DNA of 64,000 nt from an uncultured Mycoplasmatales bacterium (GTDB lineage: Bacteria; Bacillota_I; Bacilli_A; UBA3375). Shown in pieces: positions 39,590 to 49,961 of the stretch (positions are counted from its first letter, which is position 1; each line of letters starts with the position of its first letter). The notes below the pieces were generated by a model. It made no database searches. It was not told the origin of the DNA and saw nothing but the letters and a program-made list of their open reading frames with translations. The stretch covers positions 50,763-114,762 of the forward strand of contig CALDDH010000003.1 of assembly GCA_937936465.1 (NCBI GenBank). The letters are read 5' to 3'. The position numbers and the translations under genes were made by a program.

Positions 39590-41326
39590 TTAATCTAATT
39601 TAATTCCAAGTTCTTTAAGTTGGGAACTTGATACTTCTGTTGGTGAGTCCATCATTACTTCTTTAGCAGACGCATTTTTCGGAAAAGCTATTACATCACG
39701 AATTGACTCACCACCTGAAAGAATCATAGCTATTCGATCTAAACCAAAGGCAATTCCTGCATGAACTGGTGCACCATACTCATAAGCATCTAAATAAAAA
39801 CTAAATTTACTATCAATTTCTGCTTGGTCCATCCCTAATAATTCAAACATCTTTTGTTGAATAGCTCGATCATTTATCCTAACACTTCCACCACCAATTT
39901 CATAACCATTTAAGACTAAGTCATATGCCCTAGCTTTTGTTTGTAAGTAGTCATCTTCAAACTTATTATTTTGTGGCATTGTAAATGGATGATGCATTGC
40001 AATATATCTTTTAAATTCTTCATCATATTCAAATAAAGGCCAATCATTAATCCAGACAAATTTAAATTCATCTTGATTATACATTTGGTGTTTTTTACCT
40101 AAGTAATTTCTTAAGTTACCAAGTGCATTACATGTTATATCCCACTCATCAGCAATTATTAAAACTAAGTCATTATTTTCTAGTTTAAGTGTTGTTTCAA
40201 GTTTGGTAATTTCATCTTCTAAAATAAATTTACTTATACCACCACTTAATTGATTATCTGTATACTTAAACCAAGCTAAACCTTTGGCATTATGTTTCTT
40301 AACAACTTCTTCTAATTCTAAGATTGTTTTTCTTGAATAACTATCCGCTAAATCTTTTAAAACAATCGCCTTAATTGTTTTAGATTCTGTAAATACTTTA
40401 AAATCACTATTGCTAAATAAATTAGTTAAGTCATTTAACTGTAAATCAAAACGAATATCAGGTTTATCTAAACCATAATTATTCATTGCTTGATTATATG
40501 TTAATGAGGCAAAGTCACTAGGAATATCTATTCCTTTAATTTCACTCATCATTTCAATAAATAATTGTTCCATTAATATTTGAACATCTTTTTCTTCAAA
40601 GAAAGATGCTTCTAAATCTAATTGTGTAAATTCAGGTTGACGATCAGCCCTCAGGTCTTCATCACGAAAACATTTAACTATTTGATAATATTTTTCAACT
40701 CCACCAACCATCAATAAATTTTTATAAATTTGTGGTGACTGTGGTAAAGCATAAAATTTTTTGTTGTTAAGTCGTGATGGAACTAAGAAATCCCTTGCTC
40801 CTTCAGGAGTAGCTTTTGTTAACATCGGTGTTTCAATTTCAATAAAATCTTGACTATCTAAATACGTTCTAATTTTCAAACTTATTTTATGTCTCATTCT
40901 TAATTTATCAATTACTGGATTTCTTCTTAAATCTAGGTAACGATATTTAAGTCTAGTATCTTCTAGTGCATCAGTTTGATCATCAATAATCATTGGACTT
41001 GTTTTAGACATATTTATTAAAGTTAAATTAGTTGCAAGTATTTCAATTTCTCCACTTGGAATTTTAGAGTTAATTTCTTTTCTTGCATTTACTTGACCAA
41101 CTACTGTAATGACGCTTTCAGTTTGCAAACTATTTATCAACTCATAATTTTCAAGGTTATCTTTTGTAAAGATAATTTGTGCATAGCCTTTAGCATCTCT
41201 TAAATCGACAAAAATTAATTCACCTAAATTACGTTTCTTCTTAATCCAACCAGAAACTGTTACTGTTTGATCAATTTGTTTACTATTCAAGCTTCCTAAA
41301 TAGTGACTACGATATTTTTCATTCAT
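39590..41326 (-). CDS. aspS: aspartyl-tRNA synthetase
   Basis: 578 aa; class IIb; FRDEDLRADRQPEFTQLD, GLDRIAM. Confidence 0.95.
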   Translation of the reverse strand: MNEKYRSHYLGSLNSKQIDQTVTVSGWIKKKRNLGELIFVDLRDAKGYAQIIFTKDNLENYELINSLQTESVITVVGQVNARKEINSKIPSGEIEILATNLTLINMSKTSPMIIDDQTDALEDTRLKYRYLDLRRNPVIDKLRMRHKISLKIRTYLDSQDFIEIETPMLTKATPEGARDFLVPSRLNNKKFYALPQSPQIYKNLLMVGGVEKYYQIVKCFRDEDLRADRQPEFTQLDLEASFFEEKDVQILMEQLFIEMMSEIKGIDIPSDFASLTYNQAMNNYGLDKPDIRFDLQLNDLTNLFSNSDFKVFTESKTIKAIVLKDLADSYSRKTILELEEVVKKHNAKGLAWFKYTDNQLSGGISKFILEDEITKLETTLKLENNDLVLIIADEWDITCNALGNLRNYLGKKHQMYNQDEFKFVWINDWPLFEYDEEFKRYIAMHHPFTMPQNNKFEDDYLQTKARAYDLVLNGYEIGGGSVRINDRAIQQKMFELLGMDQAEIDSKFSFYLDAYEYGAPVHAGIAFGLDRIAMILSGGESIRDVIAFPKNASAKEVMMDSPTEVSSSQLKELGIKLD

Positions 41327-42603
41327 GATTTAACCTCTTCTATAATTTTTTTCTCAAACTCTTCAATTGATAATTCAATCTTTTCATAATTTTCCATATT
41401 CTTCAAACTAACTGTTCCATTTTTAACTTGATCCTCTCCAATAACAACTACATATTTAGCTAAAACTTTTTGAGCAGTATTGAATGCTGATTTAATAGAC
41501 CTACTTTTAAAATCCATATCACATATAATATTTTTAGATCTAAGCTTGGCCATTGATTGAATTGATAACTCCATTGCTTTTTCAGTTAAAGGAATAAAAT
41601 AAAGATCATTTTGATAATTAAATTGATCAAGTATTCCAATGTTTATTTCTTTATTAGCTATTGCAAAACGTTCAACTCCTAAACCAAAACCAAAAGCTGG
41701 AATATCATTTTTACCTGATAATTGATTAATTAATGAATCATATCTTCCACCGGCAATTAATGCAAAATCATATTGCTGATAAATAAATTGAAATTCAAAG
41801 ACTGTATCATTATAATAGTCTAATCCTCTAACTAAACTATGATCAACTATAAAATCAATATTTAAAATTGATAACTGCTCTTTAATTTTTTCAAAACGCT
41901 CATTTGTTTGATCAGATAAATAATCAATAATTGATGGTGCACTTTGAATTAGCTTATTTTCTGAATCTATTTTACAATCTAATATTCTCATTGGATTTTG
42001 TTTAATTCTCCTTTGACAATCTAGACATAAATTATTAATTTCAGGTTCAAAGTGTTTTTGTAGAATTTCTTTATATTTTAAACGATCACTGCTAGTTCCA
42101 ATTGTATTAATTTTCAAAGTTGTATATTTGCCTAGTTTAAATTTTTCAATTATTTTACTAGCTAAACAAATTACTTCAACATCACTATAAAGTGAAGCTG
42201 CATCAAAAAATTCAACTCCCATTTGGTGAAACTGACGATACCTTCCAGCTTGAGCTCTCTCATAACGAAAAGCTTCCCCATAGTAATATAATTTCTTAAT
42301 TGGCATCCCGTCACCAAACATCTTTTCTTCTAAATAACTCCTGACAGTTGGAGCTGTTAATTCTGGTCTTAAAGTCAGACTTCTACCTTTACGATCATCA
42401 AATGTATACATTTCTTTATTAACAATATCACTACTCTCACCAACAGATCGTAGAAATAAATTAGTATCTTCAAAGATCGGTGTTTTAATTGCTTGATACC
42501 CATAATTTTCAATAACTTGACTAATTTCACTTACAATATATTTATGTAACTTTAATTCTTTTCCATATATATCATATACTCCACGAGGTATTTGAATTTT
42601 CAT
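41323..42603 (-). CDS. hisS: histidyl-tRNA synthetase
   Basis: 426 aa; RPELTAP, YRYERAQAGRYRQFHQ, GGRYD. Confidence 0.95.
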   Translation of the reverse strand: MKIQIPRGVYDIYGKELKLHKYIVSEISQVIENYGYQAIKTPIFEDTNLFLRSVGESSDIVNKEMYTFDDRKGRSLTLRPELTAPTVRSYLEEKMFGDGMPIKKLYYYGEAFRYERAQAGRYRQFHQMGVEFFDAASLYSDVEVICLASKIIEKFKLGKYTTLKINTIGTSSDRLKYKEILQKHFEPEINNLCLDCQRRIKQNPMRILDCKIDSENKLIQSAPSIIDYLSDQTNERFEKIKEQLSILNIDFIVDHSLVRGLDYYNDTVFEFQFIYQQYDFALIAGGRYDSLINQLSGKNDIPAFGFGLGVERFAIANKEINIGILDQFNYQNDLYFIPLTEKAMELSIQSMAKLRSKNIICDMDFKSRSIKSAFNTAQKVLAKYVVVIGEDQVKNGTVSLKNMENYEKIELSIEEFEKKIIEEVKS

Positions 42604-42623
42604 TTTTTCTCCTTAATTTATAT

Positions 42624-43439
42624 TTAACCTAAACTAACATCTAAAAACATCATTACTACTAAACCAAATAATGTAAACATTGTTACTAAGTCGGTATTTT
42701 TATTAGCTTGACTTTCAGGTATTAATTCTTCTACTACGACAAAAATCATTGCCCCGGCTGCAAATGCTAATGCAAATGGCAGTAAAGGTTTAATCATTGA
42801 AACTAAAAAGATTCCAACTACTAATGCAAAAGGCTCAACTATTCCTGAAAGTTGACCAAAGAAAAAACTTTTTTTCTTAGAAAAACCTTCACGATAAAGT
42901 GGCAATGAGACAGCCGCACCTTCAGGAAAGTTTTGAATACCAATTCCAATTGCCAGTGTTAATGCAGCAACTAACACTTCAGGATTGCCCGTCACATTAT
43001 ATGCACCTAGTGCAACACCAATTGCAAGTCCTTCAGGAATATTATGTAACGTAATTGCAGAAACAAGCATTATAGATCTTTGCATTGATGATTTTCTTCC
43101 TTCAGTATTTTTAGTCATTGGATGAGTATGAGGAATTATCTTATCTAAAACAAATAAAAATAATCCTCCGGACATAAACCCAAGTAAGACAATTGTCAGT
43201 GCAAATAAACTTGATGATTCAGTATAAATTAATTCTCCATAATCAAGTGCTGGTATTAATAGCGAGAAGAAACTTGCTGCAATCATTACACCCGCTGCAA
43301 ATCCAAGCATTGAATCCATTAATTTTTGATTGAAATTATTAAATAATAAGACAATCGATGCTCCAAGTGCAGTAAGACCCCAAGTAAATAAACCGACTAA
43401 TATTCCTACTACATATATGTTAATATTTGCTAAATCCAC
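42624..43439 (-). CDS. ZIP-family divalent metal transporter (ZupT-like)
   Basis: 8 TM, HNIPEGLAIGVA, QNFPEGAAV. Confidence 0.85.
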   Translation of the reverse strand: MDLANINIYVVGILVGLFTWGLTALGASIVLLFNNFNQKLMDSMLGFAAGVMIAASFFSLLIPALDYGELIYTESSSLFALTIVLLGFMSGGLFLFVLDKIIPHTHPMTKNTEGRKSSMQRSIMLVSAITLHNIPEGLAIGVALGAYNVTGNPEVLVAALTLAIGIGIQNFPEGAAVSLPLYREGFSKKKSFFFGQLSGIVEPFALVVGIFLVSMIKPLLPFALAFAAGAMIFVVVEELIPESQANKNTDLVTMFTLFGLVVMMFLDVSLG

Positions 43440-43470
43440 TATTTTCTCCCTTATCTTTAATTTTAATTAG

Positions 43471-44247
43471 TTAATTTTGATCAATATTTGATTCATCCCA
43501 TAATTGTTTCCAAAACTTTGTCTTAGACACATAAGATTCATTTGTTAAAGCAAGATTATCATAATTATTTAATTCTGGCTTATGAATAATAGGAACAATC
43601 CTCCTGCCACCTAACAATTCAAAATTAGAGCACTCATAAAAATTAAATCTAGCTTTACCTGGATTTTTTCCTGCTTTAAATACTTTATTTCCATATACAG
43701 ATTTTAAGCCATTGTTAGGAACACACATAACAGATAAATTATATATATCTAGGCTTTGTTCATTATAAAGTATTGTTATAAAATAAGTCAAACATATTTT
43801 TTCTTCTATTTTATTATTATATTTCTTTTTATACACTTCTGGTAAACAAGGTTTATAAAATTCATTTTTTCCATTGTTTTTAACTATTTCACATTCATAA
43901 CTAACTTGATTATTACCAACAAATATTGTTCTTGTATAATCACCGATATTATTTAATGTAACTGTTTTTATATCAATATGAATATATGCATTATATGTTT
44001 CAAAGAATAAATCAGATCCAATTGGTGATGAGTTTGGTTGACCAAATTGATTAAATAACCAATAAAATATTCTTTCAGCACCTACAGCAAATTCAGAAGT
44101 TTCTGATCCTAAAAAATTTACCCAGTCATCTTTAATATATTCTTTAGTTTGAAACCCGTTTAACATTTTTTCTTTATCAAGTTTTAATAAGTATTCAATC
44201 TGTTTTAAATATTCCTTTTCCCAAAATTCAATTTTTTGTTTTTTCAT
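43471..44247 (-). CDS. probable type II restriction endonuclease (PD-(D/E)xK candidate)
   Basis: Overlaps the 3' end of the m5C methyltransferase. GSD...IHIDIKT could be a PD...DxK core. AAAGGAAGG lies 8 nt before the ATG at 44247 (the track start at 44256 is GTG). No family recognised. Confidence 0.5.
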   Translation of the reverse strand: MKKQKIEFWEKEYLKQIEYLLKLDKEKMLNGFQTKEYIKDDWVNFLGSETSEFAVGAERIFYWLFNQFGQPNSSPIGSDLFFETYNAYIHIDIKTVTLNNIGDYTRTIFVGNNQVSYECEIVKNNGKNEFYKPCLPEVYKKKYNNKIEEKICLTYFITILYNEQSLDIYNLSVMCVPNNGLKSVYGNKVFKAGKNPGKARFNFYECSNFELLGGRRIVPIIHKPELNNYDNLALTNESYVSKTKFWKQLWDESNIDQN

Positions 44248-45445
44248 CAATTTCACCTTCCTTTAACATTTTATATATTTCACTTGATATTCTTTCTGCT
44301 AATAAGACTGGAACTGCATTACCAATCTGTGTATACATATTACCAAGGTTACCTTTAAAAATATAATCATTTGGAAAAGTTTGTAAAATTGCACATTCAC
44401 GAGCACTTAATCTTCTTTCTTTATTAATATGTATTTCTGGAGATGTAGCTGTAATTGTGTCACTTGATTTATCCCAATTTGTAATTCTTAAAGATTGTTC
44501 AAATTTTATTTCTTTTTCTTCATAAACTGTTATTTGTTGATCATATTTATCATCAAACTTCAATATTTTTTTTAGTTTTTTCCAATCATCAGGTTTAGGT
44601 ATACTTCCAGACTTATTGTCTTTTCTAAACCAGTGTCCTGCTGTATGTTTATAACCAAAATGCTTATCAATACTATTTGTTGTCCAATGAGACTGATCTC
44701 TATATTTTTTTAGATAATCACATACTTCTGCTTGATTCACTTCATATTTTCTTCCCCAAAATTTACTTTTTACATTTGTTGAAGCTATATGATTATATAT
44801 ATTTTTATTTTCAATAACTTGTAATTCATTTTTTAATGGAGTGTTTGATAAAAATCCAATACTTTCTTTAACTGTTATCAAGGGTAATTTATCCACCCCA
44901 TGGGTTTCAACAGGAAATAAATTTTCTACATTTATTTTATTTCCTATTATAATAACACGCTCTCTTTTTTGTGGAACACCATATTTAGAAGCATCTAATA
45001 ATTTATAATCAACTTTATAACCTAATTTTTGAAAATCATTTTTGATCATTTCAAAAACTTTACCTTTAGAAAGTGATAATATCCCTTTGACATTCTCAGC
45101 AATAAATATTTTAGGTTTTTTATCTTTAATGATCCTAAGCATTTCTTTATATAAGAAATTTCTTTCATCTTCTTCATGTCTATTTCCATTTGCAATTGAA
45201 AACCCTTGGCATGGAAAACCACCAATAACTACGTCAATATTGTCAGGGATTGATGAGCTATCTATTTTTGTAATATCACCTAAATGAATATGATCACCAA
45301 TATTTGACTTATATGAGTCCACAGCTTTATCAAAAAAATCATTTGCCCATACTATCTCAAAGTTATTTTTGATAAAACCTAAATCAAATCCACCAGCACC
45401 TGAAAATAATGAAATTACTTTATATTTTGTTTTATCTACAGCCAT
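44228..45445 (-). CDS. DNA (cytosine-5)-methyltransferase
   Basis: Motif I FSGAGG, IV GFPCQGFS, VI ENV, VIII QKRER, X GNAVP, with a long variable TRD. AAAGGA precedes the ATG at 45445. Confidence 0.92.
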   Translation of the reverse strand: MAVDKTKYKVISLFSGAGGFDLGFIKNNFEIVWANDFFDKAVDSYKSNIGDHIHLGDITKIDSSSIPDNIDVVIGGFPCQGFSIANGNRHEEDERNFLYKEMLRIIKDKKPKIFIAENVKGILSLSKGKVFEMIKNDFQKLGYKVDYKLLDASKYGVPQKRERVIIIGNKINVENLFPVETHGVDKLPLITVKESIGFLSNTPLKNELQVIENKNIYNHIASTNVKSKFWGRKYEVNQAEVCDYLKKYRDQSHWTTNSIDKHFGYKHTAGHWFRKDNKSGSIPKPDDWKKLKKILKFDDKYDQQITVYEEKEIKFEQSLRITNWDKSSDTITATSPEIHINKERRLSARECAILQTFPNDYIFKGNLGNMYTQIGNAVPVLLAERISSEIYKMLKEGEIDEKTKN

Positions 45446-45577
45446 ATAATCGCATCCTTTCATGATAGTTTTATTTTGATTGATAATTAAAATAATAATA
45501 TTAGTATATTTCTTTTATTATTATTTTAACATGTTTCCATCTATTGTTTATGCTTTATTATCTTTTTTAAGTTTTAC

Positions 45578-46744
45578 TTAAAGATCATAAATACTATGTC
45601 TTTGATTTATAAGTTTACTGACCATTAGAGCAACTAGTGCAATTGGAATTAATGTAATACCAAATAATCCGACTGTTAATATAAACCCAGTATATTGTGC
45701 TTTAGTTGCATTTGCAAATACAAAGCCATAACCAATTGCTGCAAGGATTAGTGGGTCTAAAAACAATACACTTGCTAGCATTACCCCTAATGTTGATCCT
45801 ATTGCAAATAATGGAGTAACTTCACCACCTTGAAAACCAATACTAATGGCAAGGATTGTTAAAATAAATTTAAATAAAAAATCCGATGTACTAATTGCTT
45901 GAAAGTTATTAAAACTTTGATCAATCAAATTAAGACCAAGTGACATATAACGGCCATCAGTAATTAAAATTAAGATAACTAAGATAACTCCGAAAACAAA
46001 TATTTTTAAATATTGATTAGGAATTAATTTACTTAAGTACTTTTTACTTTTCTTTAATACAATTGCAAATAACATTCCAACTGTCACAATAATAATAATT
46101 GCTATTAGATAACGAATGATTAGACTTAAATTTAAATTACTATAGTCAATAATTATTAAATTATGAAAATGAGGTAAGTTTAGAGAACTTGTGATGAAAT
46201 TAGCAATAAAACTACAACCAATTAACATAAATAAATAATAATAATTAATTTTAACTGATGTTAATTCTAGCGCAATGACAATACCGGCTATTGGAGTTGA
46301 AAATAATGCTGCAAACCCAGACCCCATTCCAATTGATGTCATGTGAGCTTTAGTTAAATTTAGATTGTTAATTTTAGCTTGAAAATTATTGGATAAAACA
46401 GCACCTAATTGAATAGCAACACCTTCACGACCAACACTTGCCCCAACCAAATGAGATAGCCACGTACTTAGCATTTGATATGGAATAATTAATAGTGATA
46501 AATGATGATTTTTTTTTGTTGATAAAAAGACTTTTTGCATACTTTGATGTAATTTATTTTCTTGATTATTTTTCAAATAAATAATTAATAAGCCCACTAA
46601 TGGTAAAAGCAATACATTATACGGATATAACTTTGGCAATATACTAATTATTTGATTTAAGACAAAACCAAAAATAAAGACTGTCAAACCGATTAGTGTT
46701 CCAATTAAAACTGTATATAAAGCAAATGTTATTTTATTTTTCAT
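45578..46744 (-). CDS. CLC-family anion channel/antiporter, short form without CBS domains (CLC-F-like)
   Basis: 388 aa, ~10 TM, GASVGREGVAIQLG and GGEVTPLFAIG. Confidence 0.72.
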   Translation of the reverse strand: MKNKITFALYTVLIGTLIGLTVFIFGFVLNQIISILPKLYPYNVLLLPLVGLLIIYLKNNQENKLHQSMQKVFLSTKKNHHLSLLIIPYQMLSTWLSHLVGASVGREGVAIQLGAVLSNNFQAKINNLNLTKAHMTSIGMGSGFAALFSTPIAGIVIALELTSVKINYYYLFMLIGCSFIANFITSSLNLPHFHNLIIIDYSNLNLSLIIRYLIAIIIIVTVGMLFAIVLKKSKKYLSKLIPNQYLKIFVFGVILVILILITDGRYMSLGLNLIDQSFNNFQAISTSDFLFKFILTILAISIGFQGGEVTPLFAIGSTLGVMLASVLFLDPLILAAIGYGFVFANATKAQYTGFILTVGLFGITLIPIALVALMVSKLINQRHSIYDL

Positions 46745-46805
46745 AATTCCTCTTAGATCAAACTAGTTAATAATATTATATAATATTTATTGACTAATTT
46801 GTAAA

Positions 46806-46833
46806 TTAAAAAAACAAACCATAATGGTTTGCT
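46806..46833 (-). terminator. rho-independent terminator of rpsP
   Basis: Minus sense reads caaacc-atta-tggtttg followed by T7, beginning 7 nt after the stop. Confidence 0.7.
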
Positions 46834-46839
46834 CTTTGA

Positions 46840-47109
46840 TTATTTATTTAATTTATAATCGTGAAACTTTTTCATAACACCTTGTTGAGATAAGATATTT
46901 TTAACTGTATCAGTTGGCTTTGCACCATCTTTTAACCAAGCTAATGCTTTTTCTTCATCTAATTTAACAACAGCTGGATTTTTAATTGGGTCATAAAATC
47001 CTATTTCTTCAATTGCTTTTCCATCTCTTTTAACAGTAACATCTGTTACTACAATTCTATAAAATGCTTGTTTTTTTGCACCCATTCTTTTTAAACGTAT
47101 TTTTACCAT
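46840..47109 (-). CDS. rpsP: 30S ribosomal protein S16
   Basis: [21 protein letters not shown]. Confidence 0.95.
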   Translation of the reverse strand: MVKIRLKRMGAKKQAFYRIVVTDVTVKRDGKAIEEIGFYDPIKNPAVVKLDEEKALAWLKDGAKPTDTVKNILSQQGVMKKFHDYKLNK

Positions 47110-47142
47110 ATTAATTCCTCCATTTATTTTCTTATTTAATCA

Positions 47143-47171
47143 ATTATATCATAGATTAAATTAAATTTCAA
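47143..47171 (-). promoter_or_regulatory. sigma-70-type promoter of rpsP (TTGAAA-N17-TATAAT with TGn)
   Basis: -35 at 47166-47171, -10 at 47143-47148, GGAGG RBS downstream. Confidence 0.55.
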
Positions 47172-47197
47172 CTACAAGTTAACTTTTTTTAGTTAAC

Positions 47198-47800
47198 CTA
47201 GTCTTTAGGAACAGTTATTTGACCAGTATAAAAATGATAATTACAAAGTGTAATATACTGACTCTTACCTTGTAAATTATCAATCAAGACTGTATCACCT
47301 GTTTTAATCAATTTTCCACCAATTGCTCTTCCATTTTGACGCGCTTTTTTACCACACCAACAAATTGATGTTGTTTCCTCAAGTTTATCAGCAATTTCAA
47401 CAATTCTTTTACTACCTGGAAACAACTTACCTTTAAAATCAACTTTCAAACCAAAAAACATTAATGTACTAATTTGATGATCATAAACATAAGCTACTAG
47501 GCAATCAATTGATTCTGGACTTAAAAAATTAGCTTCATCAACTAATATTACTTTAGAATTACCCATTTCAGCTTCAATCATTTCCATCATTTTTTTTGTA
47601 TCATCAACTGGCACTTCTAATGAATCAATTGATAAATTTGTTCTTGAATATACTTTCCCTGGAGCTCTCGTATCAATTTCTGGTTTTAATACAAGTGAAT
47701 TAATATTATTTTCTTTATAATTATAAGCTACTTTAATTAAATCAAGTGACTTCCCTGAATTCATTGCTCCATACTTAAAATAAATTGTTGTCTTATTCAT
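47198..47800 (-). CDS. tdk: thymidine kinase
   Basis: GAMNSGKS P-loop, VDEANF, zinc ribbon CWCGKKA...CNYH. Confidence 0.93.
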   Translation of the reverse strand: MNKTTIYFKYGAMNSGKSLDLIKVAYNYKENNINSLVLKPEIDTRAPGKVYSRTNLSIDSLEVPVDDTKKMMEMIEAEMGNSKVILVDEANFLSPESIDCLVAYVYDHQISTLMFFGLKVDFKGKLFPGSKRIVEIADKLEETTSICWCGKKARQNGRAIGGKLIKTGDTVLIDNLQGKSQYITLCNYHFYTGQITVPKD

Positions 47801-49664
47801 TATTCCTCTTTCTTTGTAAAAAAATTTCTAATACTGCAATATCAGATGGCGTAACGCCTGAAATCCTTGATGCTTGACCTAAAGTTTCAGGTTTAATTAA
47901 TATTAATTTTTCTCTTGCTTCAAGTGCTAAATTAATTATTGTACTATAATCAATATTATCAGATAATATCACATCTTCTAGTCGATCATTTCGCTTAACT
48001 TGTTTCTTTACCTTTTCAATATAGCCAGCATATTTAATTTGAATTTCTACTGAACTTAAAACTTCTTGTGAGTAATCAGTAATTGTAATTATTTTCATTA
48101 TTTTACTCATATCTATTTCAGGTCTTTTAAGAATATCAAATAGTGAAATTGATTTATGTAACTTACTCATCCCAAACTCTATTGCTTTTGAATTGATCAT
48201 CTCTGGAGTAATTATAATTTGTTGAGCTTTTTCAATTAATAAATTTATTTGCTTTTGCTTATCTTTAAATCTATTAAAACGTGCTTGATCAATTGTCCCA
48301 ATTTGATATCCAATCTCAGTTAATCGGTAATCAGCATTATCATCACGAAGAAGTAAGCGATATTCACTACGAGATGTTAAAAGGCGGTACGGTTCAAGTG
48401 TTCCTTTTGTAACAAGGTCATCAATCATTAAACCAATATATGAGTTATAACGTGTTAATATAATTGGATCTTTATTTAAAGTCTTTCTTGCGGCATTAAT
48501 ACCTGCAACTATTCCTTGACCAGCTGCTTCTTCATAACCACTTGTTCCATTTACTTGACCAGCTGAAAAAAGATTATTAATATTTTTAAACTCTAAACTA
48601 CTTTTTAATTGCCTTGGATTGATCGCATCGTATTCAATTGCATAACCATACTCTAAAATAGTTGCATTCTCAAGACCCGGTAATGTTTTAACCATTAAAT
48701 CTTGAACATGATACGGCATTGATGTTGACAGGCCTTGTAAATAAATACTATCACCATCTTTAGTTTCAGGTTCTAAAAACAATTGGTGTCTTTCTTTATC
48801 AGCAAACCTAACTAGCTTATCTTCAATTGATGGACAGTATCTTGGACCTACTCCCTCAATTACTCCACTGTACATTCCAGAAATGTTAAGGTTCTCATTA
48901 ATAACTTGATGAGTTTTTGGTTGAGTATGAATTAAATAACAAGCAACTTGATCATGATAATTAGGAATATCTTGGTGATCATAACTAAAAGATAACTGCT
49001 CATCATCTCCTTCCATCAATGTAGCATTTGTAAAATCAATTGTTTTCTTAGATATTCTTGGCGGAGTACCTGTTTTTAATTTAAATAATTCAATATTAGC
49101 GTCAACTAAACTTTTAGATAATTCATTTGTTGTTTTAGTATTTTGAGGTCCAGATGATTTCTTATCTTTACCATTGATTAAATATGAATCCATATATGTT
49201 CCTGATGTTATAATTGTTGTTTTAGATAATATTTCTCGACCATCAAATAACTTAATTCCTAAAACTTCACTTTGATCAAAATTAAAAATTAATTTTTCAA
49301 CCATTGCTTCAAGCACTTGCAAATTTTCTTGATTTGCAATTATTTTCTGCATGTTTTTTGGGTACAACTCTTTATCAACTTGGGCTCTAAGTGCATGAAC
49401 AGCAGGTCCTTTTGATCGATTTAACTTTTTCAATTGAATACTTGATTGGTTTGCAACTATCCCCATTGCCCCACCTAGAGCATCAATTTCTCTAACAACT
49501 ATTCCTTTAGCAGGTCCACCAATTGATGGATTACAAGGTGTTAGAGCAATGTTTTTTATATTTCCAGTAACAAGTAGTGTTCTCACACCAATCTTCGCAC
49601 TTGCTAGGGCAGATTCACTACCAGCGTGTCCTCCACCGATGACAATTACATCATAACTTTGCAT
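47793..49664 (-). CDS. mnmG: tRNA uridine-5-carboxymethylaminomethyl modification enzyme MnmG
   Basis: [17 protein letters not shown] motif; 623 aa. Confidence 0.95.
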   Translation of the reverse strand: MQSYDVIVIGGGHAGSESALASAKIGVRTLLVTGNIKNIALTPCNPSIGGPAKGIVVREIDALGGAMGIVANQSSIQLKKLNRSKGPAVHALRAQVDKELYPKNMQKIIANQENLQVLEAMVEKLIFNFDQSEVLGIKLFDGREILSKTTIITSGTYMDSYLINGKDKKSSGPQNTKTTNELSKSLVDANIELFKLKTGTPPRISKKTIDFTNATLMEGDDEQLSFSYDHQDIPNYHDQVACYLIHTQPKTHQVINENLNISGMYSGVIEGVGPRYCPSIEDKLVRFADKERHQLFLEPETKDGDSIYLQGLSTSMPYHVQDLMVKTLPGLENATILEYGYAIEYDAINPRQLKSSLEFKNINNLFSAGQVNGTSGYEEAAGQGIVAGINAARKTLNKDPIILTRYNSYIGLMIDDLVTKGTLEPYRLLTSRSEYRLLLRDDNADYRLTEIGYQIGTIDQARFNRFKDKQKQINLLIEKAQQIIITPEMINSKAIEFGMSKLHKSISLFDILKRPEIDMSKIMKIITITDYSQEVLSSVEIQIKYAGYIEKVKKQVKRNDRLEDVILSDNIDYSTIINLALEAREKLILIKPETLGQASRISGVTPSDIAVLEIFLQRKRNNE

Positions 49665-49676
49665 ATTTCTCTTTTC

Positions 49677-49961
49677 TCAAGCTAAAAATTTTTCTAATTT
49701 TTCAATTGTTTTATTTCCATAAGTTCTTTTCTCTTCTATTCCATCAATAAATTTTAATAAACATGGGATCCCAACAATTCCAAATTTTTTAACTTCTGTT
49801 CCAAATTCTTGAACATCAACTGCATATATTATTATATCACTAGGATAATTATTTAAACCAATTTTAATTTTCTTACATACAGGGCAAGTATCAGATTTAA
49901 CTAAGACATATCTAACATCTTTTTTAACAATTGCTAAATCACTAACATTTTCAATTATCAT
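49677..49961 (-). CDS. thioredoxin-fold protein with a CPVC motif
   Basis: 94 aa; SDTCPVCKK; cis-Pro-like GIPCLL. Confidence 0.6.
   Translation of the reverse strand: MIIENVSDLAIVKKDVRYVLVKSDTCPVCKKIKIGLNNYPSDIIIYAVDVQEFGTEVKKFGIVGIPCLLKFIDGIEEKRTYGNKTIEKLEKFLA

Noticed and set aside
39527-42623. T-box leaders or other riboswitches upstream of the aminoacyl-tRNA synthetase genes (proS, aspS, hisS, serS), and an M-box upstream of mgtE (32525-32589).
   Set aside because: All four synthetase genes start within 0-20 nt of the preceding gene. The mgtE leader is only ~65 nt of AT-rich DNA. This is too short for a 150-250 nt structured leader, and no specifier or T-box sequence is visible.
44881-44892. 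Isolated near-consensus DnaA boxes (for example TTATCCACC inside dcm and TTATCCATA near 10058-10070) as a sign of oriC.
   Set aside because: They are single, scattered, imperfect matches inside or next to coding regions. There is no cluster and no adjacent AT-rich unwinding element next to dnaA.
46745-46839. A fluoride (crcB-motif) riboswitch upstream of the CLC gene.
   Set aside because: The region holds only the rpsP terminator hairpin and AT-rich promoter-like sequence. No conserved GC-containing pseudoknot core is visible.
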